Shown: one piece after another, positions 12,275-22,567 of the stretch
Numbering within the stretch: position 1 is the stretch's first letter
Layout of the letters: every line of letters starts with the position of its first letter
Assembly: GCA_010093605.1 (NCBI GenBank)
Contig: MU004184.1
Span: forward strand, 1,684,801-1,748,800
Origin: Lophium mytilinum
Taxonomy: Eukaryota
Reading direction: 5' to 3'
DNA length: 64,000 nucleotides
Position numbers and translations under genes: made by a program
Notes under the pieces: model-generated
What the model was told of the DNA's origin: nothing
Databases searched by the model: none
What the model saw: only the letters and a program-made list of their open reading frames with translations

Positions 12275-13112
12275 ATACAGTGCTGTGTTATAAGTCTGGG
12301 CGCATGGATATACAACTGCTTCAACTTTAGTCCTGCTCACTCAATACCACTGTAAGGAGCACCCCAGCTAACGAGTAGTCGGTTGGCCAAGAAGTGGTTC
12401 AATATTAAGGGGATAGACCTTGACGCTGCGTCAGAGTAGCTATAAATGCGGCAGTGAGGTATACCGCATCATGAGTGCTATTTTGGAAGCTGGTTACCAC
12501 TGTTAGGAGTACCCCCGCTAGCAGGTATTCGACTGACTAAAAGGCAGTCTAGTATCTACTATGTAAGCCTGAACATTGTGTTAGAGTAGCTATAAATTCG
12601 GCTAGTCAGATATACCGTCTCATGAGTGCTATTTTAGAAGCTAATTACCACTGTTAGGAGTACCTCCGCTAGTAGGTAGCCGACTGACCAAAAGGCAGTC
12701 TAATATCTACTGCGTAAGCCTTGATGGTAGTTTAGAGTAGCTATAAATGCGGTTAGTTAGATATGCCGCTTTATGAGTGCTGCTTTGGAAGCTAGTTACC
12801 ACTGTTAGGGGTAGCTCCGCTGGCAGGTAGCCGACCAACTAAAAGGCAGTCTAATATTTACTGTGTGATCCTTGACATTTGGTTTAGAGTAGCTATAAGT
12901 CTAGCTACACGGATATGAGCACGCTTGAGTGCTGCTTTGCAAACTACCCGACACTGTCAGGAGTAGCTCCGCTAGCAGGTAGCCGACTGATCAAAAGGCA
13001 GTCTAATATTTACTGTGTAAGCCTTGGTATTAGTTTGGAGTAGCTATAAGTCTAGCCGCATGGATATTAGCACGCTTGAGTGCGACTTTGACAGCTATAC
13101 AACACTGTCAGG
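12275..13112 (+). repeat. Non-coding tandem array, ~151-bp unit, ~5.5 copies
   Basis: Anchor CACTGT(T/C/A)AGG recurs at 12348, 12498, 12649, 12800, 12952 and 13103 (spacing 150-152); shared motifs AAAGGCAGTCTAATAT, GAGTAGCTATAA, TGAGTGCT. Confidence 0.93.
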
Positions 13113-13328
13113 ATGTGACAGCGTTGATGAGTCACTGCGAACGTTACGTTCAAAGCCTCTACCTTCACTTCTCGTGCCACGTAGAAAGGAGTGTCAACAA
13201 CTCGAGAATACCTATATATTGTCCGCAGAACGCAAATCTAGGAACTTATACTCCTGAACTTACTGCCGAACGCTGCAACATCAAGCATAAAACACACAAT
13301 ATCAATCTTCGAGAAGCATTCGGTCACT

Positions 13329-14831
13329 ATGACTGGCTATCCTTTCGAACGCCCCGGCCGCGCTGGCATGTCCCCGATGCAGATATACCTTGACATGCTG
13401 GGGGCAGAGCGAGTTCCTCCGGACTCACCCTTCTTGCGTCCTTTCCCAAGGCCTCAATCAGAGATCGAGGTATTGGGAGATTTCTATATGGAGATCTTCG
13501 GACCCAAGCCAGGACCTGAGAAGCGAGAAAAGCTACGCGCATTCCAAAAGATTCAGCATGTGCTTGGAATGCGACCTAGAGAGATTATGTACATCAAACT
13601 TTTCTACAGTTTGGATATCTTCCTTTTTGCTTCCGAGCTAGGGCACCGTGTATCCCTCAGTCTGGGAGAGGATCACCCGAAGATGTCGTCCTCGGTGCAT
13701 AAAATACAGCGAGGCCGCATAGGTCTCATGATGAACAAAGCAAACACCCGCAAGAATGGCCCTGCCTTGCACTGGGGACGATTCCTTCACGCCCTGGCCC
13801 ACGCTTTCTTGGAAATCGAGCTTGGCAGACATGTTGACTGCGGGGGACTCGGTCGCGTACACGAGCATGTCTTCTACGCACTCATGTGCATCATAGACGA
13901 CGCTCTGAACCGAGAAGTGCCCATCGTCAGGTTCGGCAAGATGGACGCGTACTGGATCTATGACTTCGGGAACTCGTGGTACCGCGACTTCAAGCGCTCC
14001 ATGGCTGCTGATCTCCGTGGTCAGCGTGGTCCCCTTCATGAGGGGTATGGAGGGGTTCCTGGTTTCGGCGGCTTCGGTGCCCATCCCTTCAATGCGAATG
14101 CCTTCGACAAGTTTGCGTATCAGGAGGAAGACATGGATCAGCGCTTCCCCTCCTGGTTTGGCCAAGACCCCGATTTCGTCGACGAAGACAGTGATCTGGA
14201 CACCGACTTCGAAGATGAAGTAGAATTCGGGTTTGATCCGTTCGGGTCTCCTCCCCCAGGGGGCCGTAGCTACGGCAAAGGGGGTCCGGGAAAGAACTCG
14301 GACAGGGCCGACGGAGAAGGTGGTGGCCGCGAGGGCTTTGACAACTCCAAATCTGGACCTGGGAGCCGTGGCGGTTCTGGTTCGGGCAGACGCGGTGACT
14401 TCGACAAAGAGCGCGGTGGCTACGGCGGCGGGTATCGTAGTGGCTTCGGAGGCGGATCTCGTGGGGGCTTCGACGACGAATTTCGCGATCGTTTCGGGAG
14501 TGGCTTTCGTGGCGGCTTCGGAGGCGGATCTCGTGGTGGCTTCGGCGGCGGGTTCCGCGGTGGCTTCGGTGGAGGTGGATCAAACTTCGAGGGTGGGAAG
14601 CCCAAACTCGAAATCGATCCATATAAGGTCCTTGGCCTCACCCGGAACGCAACTGCGGCCGAGATCAGGAAGGCCTACCACAAGATGGCCAGAGACAATC
14701 ACCCGGACCGTGTTCAAGGAGGAGAGAAGGAGAAGGAGGAGGCCAATAAGAATATGGCAGATATCAACCTGGCACATGAGGTTCTCAGCGATGAGAAGAA
14801 GAAGCAGGACTACGACAATGGATTGTTGTAG
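13329..14831 (+). CDS. Intronless J-domain protein: SprT-like N-terminal domain, acidic tract, Gly/Phe/Arg-rich linker, C-terminal DnaJ domain
   Basis: C-terminal DPYKVLGL...EIRKAYHKMARDNHPD...INLAHEVLSDEKKKQDYD is a J domain with HPD; N-terminal LFYSLDIFLFASEL..RV and FLHALAHAFL...HEHVF resemble the SprT/Spartan HExxH...H layout. Confidence 0.85.
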   Translation: MTGYPFERPGRAGMSPMQIYLDMLGAERVPPDSPFLRPFPRPQSEIEVLGDFYMEIFGPKPGPEKREKLRAFQKIQHVLGMRPREIMYIKLFYSLDIFLFASELGHRVSLSLGEDHPKMSSSVHKIQRGRIGLMMNKANTRKNGPALHWGRFLHALAHAFLEIELGRHVDCGGLGRVHEHVFYALMCIIDDALNREVPIVRFGKMDAYWIYDFGNSWYRDFKRSMAADLRGQRGPLHEGYGGVPGFGGFGAHPFNANAFDKFAYQEEDMDQRFPSWFGQDPDFVDEDSDLDTDFEDEVEFGFDPFGSPPPGGRSYGKGGPGKNSDRADGEGGGREGFDNSKSGPGSRGGSGSGRRGDFDKERGGYGGGYRSGFGGGSRGGFDDEFRDRFGSGFRGGFGGGSRGGFGGGFRGGFGGGGSNFEGGKPKLEIDPYKVLGLTRNATAAEIRKAYHKMARDNHPDRVQGGEKEKEEANKNMADINLAHEVLSDEKKKQDYDNGLL

Positions 14832-14849
14832 GCTCGGTTTGCTAGCTTG

Positions 14850-15277
14850 AATTAGACTGCTTCTTGGCCTAGTTAAGACTTGTAGGCGGAGCTACTCCTG
14901 ACAGTGCTATTGGGCGAGCAATAGTGAAGCACTAGCGCTGCTATATCCTATTTAGTCTCTGAGCTTGTAGCTTTCACATGCTTGATAGATATAAAGATTA
15001 AGGCAATACATATTAAGATACCTCTTGGCCAACCGGCTCCCAACTCGCTAGAGTGCTCCTTGCAGTGACGTCGAACGAGCAAGAACTGAATGCGAGTAGT
15101 AGGATTCACAAGTGCCCAGGTACTTTTACACTCTAGCTACGGGAAGGCCAGCGGAGTAGAAATAAAAGTAGTTTTTTTAGCCAATACTTGCTCGTTCAGC
15201 TACTCCTAGCAGTGTCGTATAGTTTGCAAAGCAGCTTTGAATGTAACATTCGCAGTGATTCGTCAACGCTGTCACAT
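14850..15277 (-). repeat. Inverted, more degenerate copies (~3) of the 151-bp unit plus a 44-bp inverted motif
   Basis: Minus strand reads CACTGTCAGGAGTAGCTCCGC (anchor ~14906), CACTGCAAGGAGCAC...CGGTTGGCCAAG (~15067) and GCTGCTTTGCAAACTA..CGACACTG..AGGAGTAGC (~15214), each matching left-array units. Confidence 0.85.
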
Positions 15278-15570
15278 ACCTCCCGTAGCCTGTGAATGAA
15301 CTATGCTTAATTTGTATTGTTGGCAATGCCTTTCAAAAGGATACTGCGTTTCTTCAATACGTTGTAGATAAAGTGACACTACCCCGATCTGCGTACACTG
15401 TGTTACCACTGCTTAGGTACTTTGATCTTCTTTTAGAACGAGCGTAGAATGCGAAAGGAGGTTTGGGACTCACTATAGTAATTCCCGTGGACTTTTGTCG
15501 CCCAGCGTGACCCCAGGCTACCCTAGGCAGTGGTAGAAGCCGCTGAAAGATATTGTTGTCTAGCAAATTG

Positions 15571-16725
15571 TCATGATGCGCTGTCTGGCCTTGATGATTG
15601 CGACGTCGGTAAAGCTTTCTGCGCCGAGTGCGTAGTCTTCGCATAATCTTCGCTCTGCTCTTCTCGTTGGTCTGCTCCTATCTCTACCCACAGCGGAACA
15701 TGATCGCTCGGTCCCCTTTCTTCTGCGCTGTCCAAGATACCAGTGTCAAGAACACTCCCAGCTCTGAAAAAGCGTCTACTGGCAATGATTAGATCTACTC
15801 GATCACAACTACTACCCCAAGGCGCGCTCCTCGGGAAGTAAGTATATCGTCTCTCAGATCCCTTCAGTTCCCTCCAAACATCTGCTGCTTGTAGACCGTC
15901 TTCGTCCTCAAAAAACTTGGCATTGAAGTCTTTTCGATTTTTGACATGATCTTCGGGGATTGTACGTAAACCTGGCCAACCATCCAGTGTACTTCTCGCA
16001 ATATTTAAGTCTCCAGCAAGAATCACATTCCCGCCCTGTGCTTCTATGCTCTTGCTTTCTTCGAGTAACAGCTTATGAAAAGCAACCTTGCGGTCATGCC
16101 TAGTACCGACTACGGCTCCGGTGGTGGGCGATCGATATGGGTTATTGGTTCCATTGACAGCATAGATGTTGAAAATGGAAATCTCTTGCTTCAACTCAAT
16201 GATATGAACTCGGCCCTCAAGGTCCCAATCCACATCCCTGATCTCCGTAACGGATGAATCAAAGAAATCTGAACGGACAATGCTAGCGACACCATAAATT
16301 CTCCCACCGAAGCCCGTTGCGTTATGGGCATCTCGGGGAAGCGTGAAATGCACCACGTAGCTTGGGCCGTCATCGTCGGATTGACAAGGTCGATTTACGG
16401 CAACACGAACGGCTCTTTGGGTAGTTTCATCGTTATGGCTAATCTTCACCTCTTGTAGGAGAAGGAGGTGAGGCCAACGATGGCGGAGAAGGAATGCGCG
16501 GAGAGAGCATTGCTGAGAGATAGTGGAAGAAGGTGTCGCAGCACTTTTAAAGAAGTTTGTTATTGCTTGCTGTAGGAAAGGTTTAATTCCATTGATGTTC
16601 CACGCGAAGATGCGAATGCTTTGAGAGCTGTTAACGGGAGCTGGCGTTTGGTTTTTCGGATTGGCGTCAGACGGCGCAGGGAGCTTTCTCCGTTTACGAG
16701 GTGGCGGGCTGATATCTCGGTCCAT
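15571..16725 (-). CDS. Exonuclease III / AP endonuclease (EEP superfamily)
   Basis: WNING, LQEVK, EGR, NIYAVN, AGDLN, YTY, RVD, SDHVP catalytic motifs; N-terminal PPRKRRK NLS-like; intronless. Confidence 0.92.
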   Translation of the reverse strand: MDRDISPPPRKRRKLPAPSDANPKNQTPAPVNSSQSIRIFAWNINGIKPFLQQAITNFFKSAATPSSTISQQCSLRAFLLRHRWPHLLLLQEVKISHNDETTQRAVRVAVNRPCQSDDDGPSYVVHFTLPRDAHNATGFGGRIYGVASIVRSDFFDSSVTEIRDVDWDLEGRVHIIELKQEISIFNIYAVNGTNNPYRSPTTGAVVGTRHDRKVAFHKLLLEESKSIEAQGGNVILAGDLNIARSTLDGWPGLRTIPEDHVKNRKDFNAKFFEDEDGLQAADVWRELKGSERRYTYFPRSAPWGSSCDRVDLIIASRRFFRAGSVLDTGILDSAEERGPSDHVPLWVEIGADQREEQSEDYAKTTHSAQKALPTSQSSRPDSAS

Positions 16726-18039
16726 GTCGCCGATTGATCTTGATCCGTCAGCTTGCTATGAGCAGTCGTTTGTTGATGGATTTTGATGAGCAGTAAAGGG
16801 CATTGAGGTTAACGAGGTAGCAAGCAACAACATACTACATCACGTGATATACAGGTCTGCCGCCGCTTGGTATTCTCCAATCTATTTTGGAAAACCCGAT
16901 CTTGATCGATTAGAACAATCAGTAAGCTTGCCGGGCCACCTCATGCAATGGCTAACTTATGTATGCACACTTAGCTATGTCGCTCGTCGCACCAGACTTC
17001 TATACACATGTTGGATCTCCACAAGCAGTGGCAGAACAATTTGTGAATCAATGACTAGTTTTTGTATATTACTACCAAGCATGAGAAGAGCTACGTCTAT
17101 ATAGCGTGATGACCAGGCCCCCAAGGAATTTTCAAGTCCTCCGCCAAATCAGTGAAAGCCCTACTGAAACCGTGGTATTAGCAATCGAAGAAGAAGAGTC
17201 TGCTGAATACGATGGGTAAAGTGATGGAGTTCCTCAGTGATCTTGGTGTAATTATGTAATCAGTCTCCGAAGAGTCATTTACTATCTAGGCGTGATAATG
17301 TTGTAATCATCGGAAGGGTGTTGTGTCGACCGAAAGAGATGTTGTCTTACCTTACATATTGTTAGGCCACGAAGGCTTACGAGACCTGGTCGACGTGAAA
17401 AATCTGCTTGAGTGAGCATCCGATACCACAATGTGCTCGGCCTTGTGTGTTCGGCGAGCTACATCGTGGTCGTCATGTCGCGTCGATTAGCAGAAAAGAA
17501 CGCGACGATCTAAGACGAGGGCATCTGAAACCCGCAAGGCGGTGGAAGCGGAGCAGCTACATCTTCGAGGAGTTAGCGAATGCATCTAACAGACTCTGCG
17601 CGAGGAATTGGTGTTGGTGAGTTGGTATCAGAATATGTAAGAATGAATATCATAGCCCCGACGCCGTTAAGAAGCCCCGGCGAGGGCTTCCGGTCGCCAG
17701 AGTCAATCGCAAATTATTTCATCACGAGAGATGGGTGCGGAGGAGGAAAGCGTGGAACTTACAAGTTGGTTGATGTTGGTTGAAGAGAAGAGGAAGGCTC
17801 AAGGACTGAAGATGCAGAAGGCAACGAAAAGTTCCAACTCGCTTAAGGGACTTGGCGCACTAATTTTCTATTCTCCCGAATATTTCCCGCCCACCGTTGC
17901 AATTCGAATCCAGGTTCTTGAGATTCACGACATCACACCTCCAGCCTCACCTCAACACACGACAGTACGTGCAACTCCTCAGAATACCGACTGCTGTGTT
18001 CTTCTCACTGATTACGGCGAGCAGATTCAAACAGTCGCA

Positions 18040-18703
18040 ATGGGTGAACCGGACATCCAAACGAGTAACTGGCGACTGGTCGAGGTCGGCCGTGTCGTGC
18101 TCTTCAGCTCCGGAGTGTACGAAGGCCGCCTGGCTACCATCGTCGAGATCATTGATCACAAGCGCGTACGTGGGAACCCAAGGAACGTTTGCGGTGGAAG
18201 CGCAGGATGAAGCATGGCTCGGTTTGGATCGTCACTCACACTCGCACAGGTGCTCGTTGACGGCCCATCTTCCGACAAGGACAAGGTCGTTCCCCGCCAG
18301 TCCGCCGCCCTGTCAGGTCTCTCCCTCACGCCTCTCGTCATCCCCAAGCTACCACGAGCCGCTGGCAATGGATTCGTGAAGAAGATCTGGGAGTCGGAAG
18401 GAGTGGAGAGCAAGTTCGCGGAGAGCAACTGGGCAAAGACACAAGGCCGATTTGCCAAGAGGAAGCAGCTGAACGACTTCGAGCGATTCAAGGTCATGAA
18501 GCTAAAGAAGGCGGTGCGTTATACTCCTTTCATGCGTTCAACGAATCTACCCCGGAATGTTGCGCTTGGATTTTGACCCGAGCTTGGCCACATCAGAAGG
18601 CGGCGAGAGGGCATTCTATGGAATATTGTACTGACTATACATACAGAGACGCTTCGAGGTCCAGAAGACTGTTGCCAAGCTCCGTGCGAGTGCGAAGGCG
18701 TAG
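18040..18703 (+). CDS. rpl14: 60S ribosomal protein L14 (eL14); exons 18040-18165, 18250-18513, 18647-18703
   Basis: [10 protein letters not shown]...[20 protein letters not shown]...[14 protein letters not shown]; introns with canonical sites. Confidence 0.96.
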
Positions 18704-19274
18704 AGAGAAGGCGTGGTCAGAGTTGTGGTTGAATGATATTGGGGACTGGTCCGGAGAGTTCACGAGCGTTCCAACTTTCTTCAATGCATCCGAATCAAAG
18801 ATGCTGGTCAGGTCTTTGCGGTCGATTACGGTGCATTTGGGCTTCAGGGACAAAACTTTGCTCAAAACCCTACCTACTTCATCTGCTAGTGAATGTAGAA
18901 AACGGTCAAAAATCTCCAACAGAGGAGTGCCCTAATGAAAATGATGCGTCGTGGTGACTTTGTGTATTGCTCCCTACTACTTCATTTCCTTTAAGAGAAT
19001 TGCGCGGGCTAAAGAACCCTGCAATTCGATGGCTGCTCCTACGTAGTAAATTAGCGCTTCTGTTCACTGCTACAGTGATATTGAAGTACAGTAAATGAAA
19101 TCTTGAGCTACTGGTGCATAGTGAGGAAATATCTCCACCTCGTCGCATTGCCGTTGCTCGCGTTCTACTGGCCCTCGCACACGCCAATTCGCCCACAGCC
19201 GAGAGCTTGCAAAAGTGCGGGCATCACCAAACACTTCGACCACATTTGCTCCATCCCCAACCACACCATCCAAC

Positions 19275-20066
19275 ATGTCGAACCCACGCATTGAGGAACT
19301 GCCAGAAGACGAGCCCGATAAGAAGATCGCCGAGGTCGAAGACGCAGAGTCCAGCTCCGACTCTGAGGTCGAGGCCTCAGGCGAGTCTGGCATTCCCGCT
19401 GGTGCCTCAGTCGCCGTCCACTCCCGCAACGAGAAGAAAGCCAGGAAGGCGATTGCAAAGCTTGGATTGAAGCATGTTGAGGGCATCACCAGGGTTACGC
19501 TGAGGCGGCCCAAGAATGTAAGACTTCTCTGAGCGAAAGCATGCAGTTCACATCACGGTGGGCATCGCAGACATCGTAATTCTGGCGCATAACAAAATCA
19601 AGCCTTGAGAATTATTTGCTGACAGTTTTTGGCCAGATCCTCTTCGTCATCAACCAGCCGGATGTCTACAAGTCTCCTACGAGCAACACCTGGATGTAGG
19701 ACCATCAACTCCCAGTCCAGAAAGAAACGCAATCTGACATTCTGTAGCATCTTCGGTGAGGCCAAGATTGAGGATTTGAACTCCCAGGCGCAAGCATCTG
19801 CTGCCCAGCAGCTCGCTCAAGCCGAGGCTCAGGGCCATGACCACTCTGGACACGACCACGACCACGATCACGGCAAGGGCAAGGCCGTCGAGGACAAGAA
19901 GGATGAGGACGAGGACGACGGAGAAGAGGTCGATGACACTGGTCTCGAGGCCAAGGACATCGAGTTGGTCATGCAACAGGCTAGCGTGTCAAGAAAGAAG
20001 GCGGTCAAGGCTCTCAAGGAGAACGACAACGACATCGTCAACTCTATCATGGCATTGAGCATATAG
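19275..20066 (+). CDS. egd2: Nascent polypeptide-associated complex alpha subunit; exons 19275-19517, 19637-19695, 19748-20066
   Basis: [17 protein letters not shown]...[18 protein letters not shown]...[10 protein letters not shown] and C-terminal UBA-like [10 protein letters not shown]...[10 protein letters not shown]. Confidence 0.96.
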
Positions 20067-20809
20067 GCGAGCTCGAAGTAGATTCAGAGCGTCCTCTATT
20101 CCTGTACTTCTGAATAAAAACCGGGGCGGGAGAATTGGCGATAGCAATGGCAAGTTAGGTATCTCCTCCAAGGCTTGCTACAAATCTACAATCTTCCAAT
20201 ACAATTACCCTTTCAAGGGCTCGTGGGAGCTTTTAGTCAAGGCGGCCTACTGCTTGCAAGGCATTGAAGAATAGATGTCCAGGTAGGCTCTTTTGAACAT
20301 GAAGTGACAAATTACGGAGCTCTTTTCTTCCCTCCAGGCCTGGGTACACCCATTCACCAAGTAATGCTTCAGGTCCCCCAGTACTTTATCACATATTTTG
20401 AAGCGCCAATTTGGCAAGATGTGTAACTCTCCATGGCCTTTCGAATGATTTTGGGTTGCCACTTACGTTTGCACGGGATCCTACCAGGTCGAAAGTCAGG
20501 AAGCGTTGTTCTGACTTTGAAATGGTATTCAACATTCTGTGAATTAGCAAACAACTGTTCTACGACGTAATCACTTCGAAGTTGAGGAATACGAGAAGTT
20601 GAGCAATAAACGTCCCAATTCAACTCCCAAATTCCCCTTATGCTTAGATACGGTTTATTTTGTAACGGTGGGCAAAAGGAAGTCTTGGTCAGGTGACTAG
20701 ATCGGTGGTGGTCTTGGCAACCGAAGCGATCCTCGAAGCTTTCAAGATCCCGACTTCCTCCCTCCACCGGATACCCTCTCCACTCTTCTCACCGTCCCTA
20801 TCCATCACA

Positions 20810-21621
20810 ATGGCCGTCGGAGTACGTTGAAACCCCTCCCATGCTGTTCACCTGGCTGCTTTTCGCGCAATTGACGCATTGAAACCTCCCCTGGCCTCCG
20901 CCGCTTCAATCCGCAAGACCGAATGCTAACTCTTCCGGCTATCACAGCGCAGCGCAGCTCTCAAGCTTGACTGGACGAAATTGGGGACGCAGCTCGGACT
21001 GAGAGGCTCGACTGCCCAGGCCCTCTCCAGCTTCAAAAAGCGCAACGATGACGCCCGCCGCAAGGTCACCGCGCTCTCGGAGCAACCGCAAGAAGTCGAC
21101 TTCGCCCACTACCGCAGCATCCTCAAGAACACTGCCGTCATCGACGAGATCGAGAAGAGCTTCTCCAGCTTCAAGCCCGCGACTTATGACGTGAGCAGGC
21201 AGATCAAGGCCATTGAAGCTTTCGAGGCCCAGGCATTGAAGAGCGCGGAGGAGACCAAGAGCGTTGTCGACAAGGAGTTGAAGGACTTGGACAAGACATT
21301 GAAGAACATCGAGGAGGCACGGCCATTTGAGGACCTCACTGTGGTGCGTATAATTCTGGCCGTTTAATCGCCATGGCGAGGCCTACCGGTATACTTGCTG
21401 TTAGGAAATATGCTAATTCAAAACGCTATGTAGGACGAAGTCGCCGCCGCCCGTCCTGACATCGATGCGCGTACTTCCGAACTCGTCTCGAAGGGTCGCT
21501 GGGCCGTTCCAGGTTACAAGGTAAGCATTTGTTACGCTAGACTCTTCGTTATATTCGAAATTGCTAGGCCCATGGTTAACGATCTCTCCAGGAAAAATTC
21601 GGCGACCTCTCAGTGCTATAG
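20810..21621 (+). CDS. atp7: Mitochondrial ATP synthase subunit d; exons 20810-20821, 20948-21343, 21434-21520, 21592-21621
   Basis: [11 protein letters not shown]...[11 protein letters not shown]...[12 protein letters not shown]...[24 protein letters not shown]...WAVPGYK-EKFGDL. Confidence 0.95.
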
Positions 21622-22567
21622 AATCTTTTCACTTGGCAGCTACCTCCAATCATCTTATCCCATATGGGATTGTACTACTGTGAATAGTCTCTTTCGTCCT
21701 TCAATGTCGTCATAGATAGCACAATTCCATGTGTCCAAGTTGGTTTGCATTGATATGCTTAGGTCCCTTGTCCATTATAGCCAAATGCAAAAGCTAGAGG
21801 AAGACTGAGTAATCCCGCTACAAGCTAGATGGGTCACAGCGTCAAGAACAAGCTCTGGGAAAATCGTGACCTACCTTCTCAAGCTAGGACTACATATCAG
21901 ACCGGAGCCGATATGGAATTGACAAAGCCAACCTGGAGATGAATTGTACGGAAGCATTTTCAGCAGCCTTTAAGGAATTCAACGCATTCGTTGTTCTCCT
22001 GCTTTATATCAGTCTGGACCGAGGAACGACTGCTAAAACGGGAAATCCCGACGGTCTCTAGGAAGTAGGACAGTCCTTCTGATATAGGCTACAGATGGTT
22101 TTGTTTCCAATTCTCTTACCTATGCTTATTCCATCTAATATTATGGGGTTTCTCGTTTCTAAACAAATACATGTCTACATCGATCATATTGCGCTGCTTT
22201 CTGCTCTTACTCATCTCTGATATATTACTGATTAAATTATGTAGACCGACAAGAAGCTATTCTCTGACTCCGAAGATACGCGGCAGTCCCTGTGCTTGAA
22301 AGTAAGAAGCAAAAACGCGACGGAGAAACACCTGCTTAGTTGAATATGGAAATAATGCGAGGGGTACTGCCGAGTTGCGGGGTCCGGGGAACCAACAACA
22401 AGTTCATGCATCTTGAATCCTGAACAAGCCGTACTATAGGTTTTATGTGCGATCCGGGCTTTGTCCTTCCGGCCTCCGACACGATGCATATGGCTTAAGA
22501 AGAACGGAAACCACATCAGTGGACCCGTAAACTCCACACTCTGTCACTACTACTCGCTCCAATCAGA

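Noticed and set aside
12275..13112. CRISPR-like array
   Set aside because: Whole units are homologous along their length (no unique spacers), the context is eukaryotic and there are no cas genes.
15571..16725. LINE retrotransposon endonuclease
   Set aside because: No reverse transcriptase or gag-like ORF adjacent; motifs and NLS fit a cellular ExoIII-type enzyme.
16839..16850. TCACGTGATAT E-box upstream of the nuclease (also at 42260 upstream of the F-box gene)
   Set aside because: A short motif expected by chance in 64 kb; no evidence of function.
17106..17168. Possible C/D box snoRNA (GTGATGA...CTGA)
   Set aside because: No terminal stem or recognisable rRNA-complementary guide; such boxes occur by chance.
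19835..19875. His-Asp repeat in NAC alpha
   Set aside because: A common low-complexity linker in fungal Egd2 orthologs.
20247..20767. Minus-strand ORFs between egd2 and atp7
   Set aside because: No recognisable domain or convincing splice model; overlaps the atp7 promoter.
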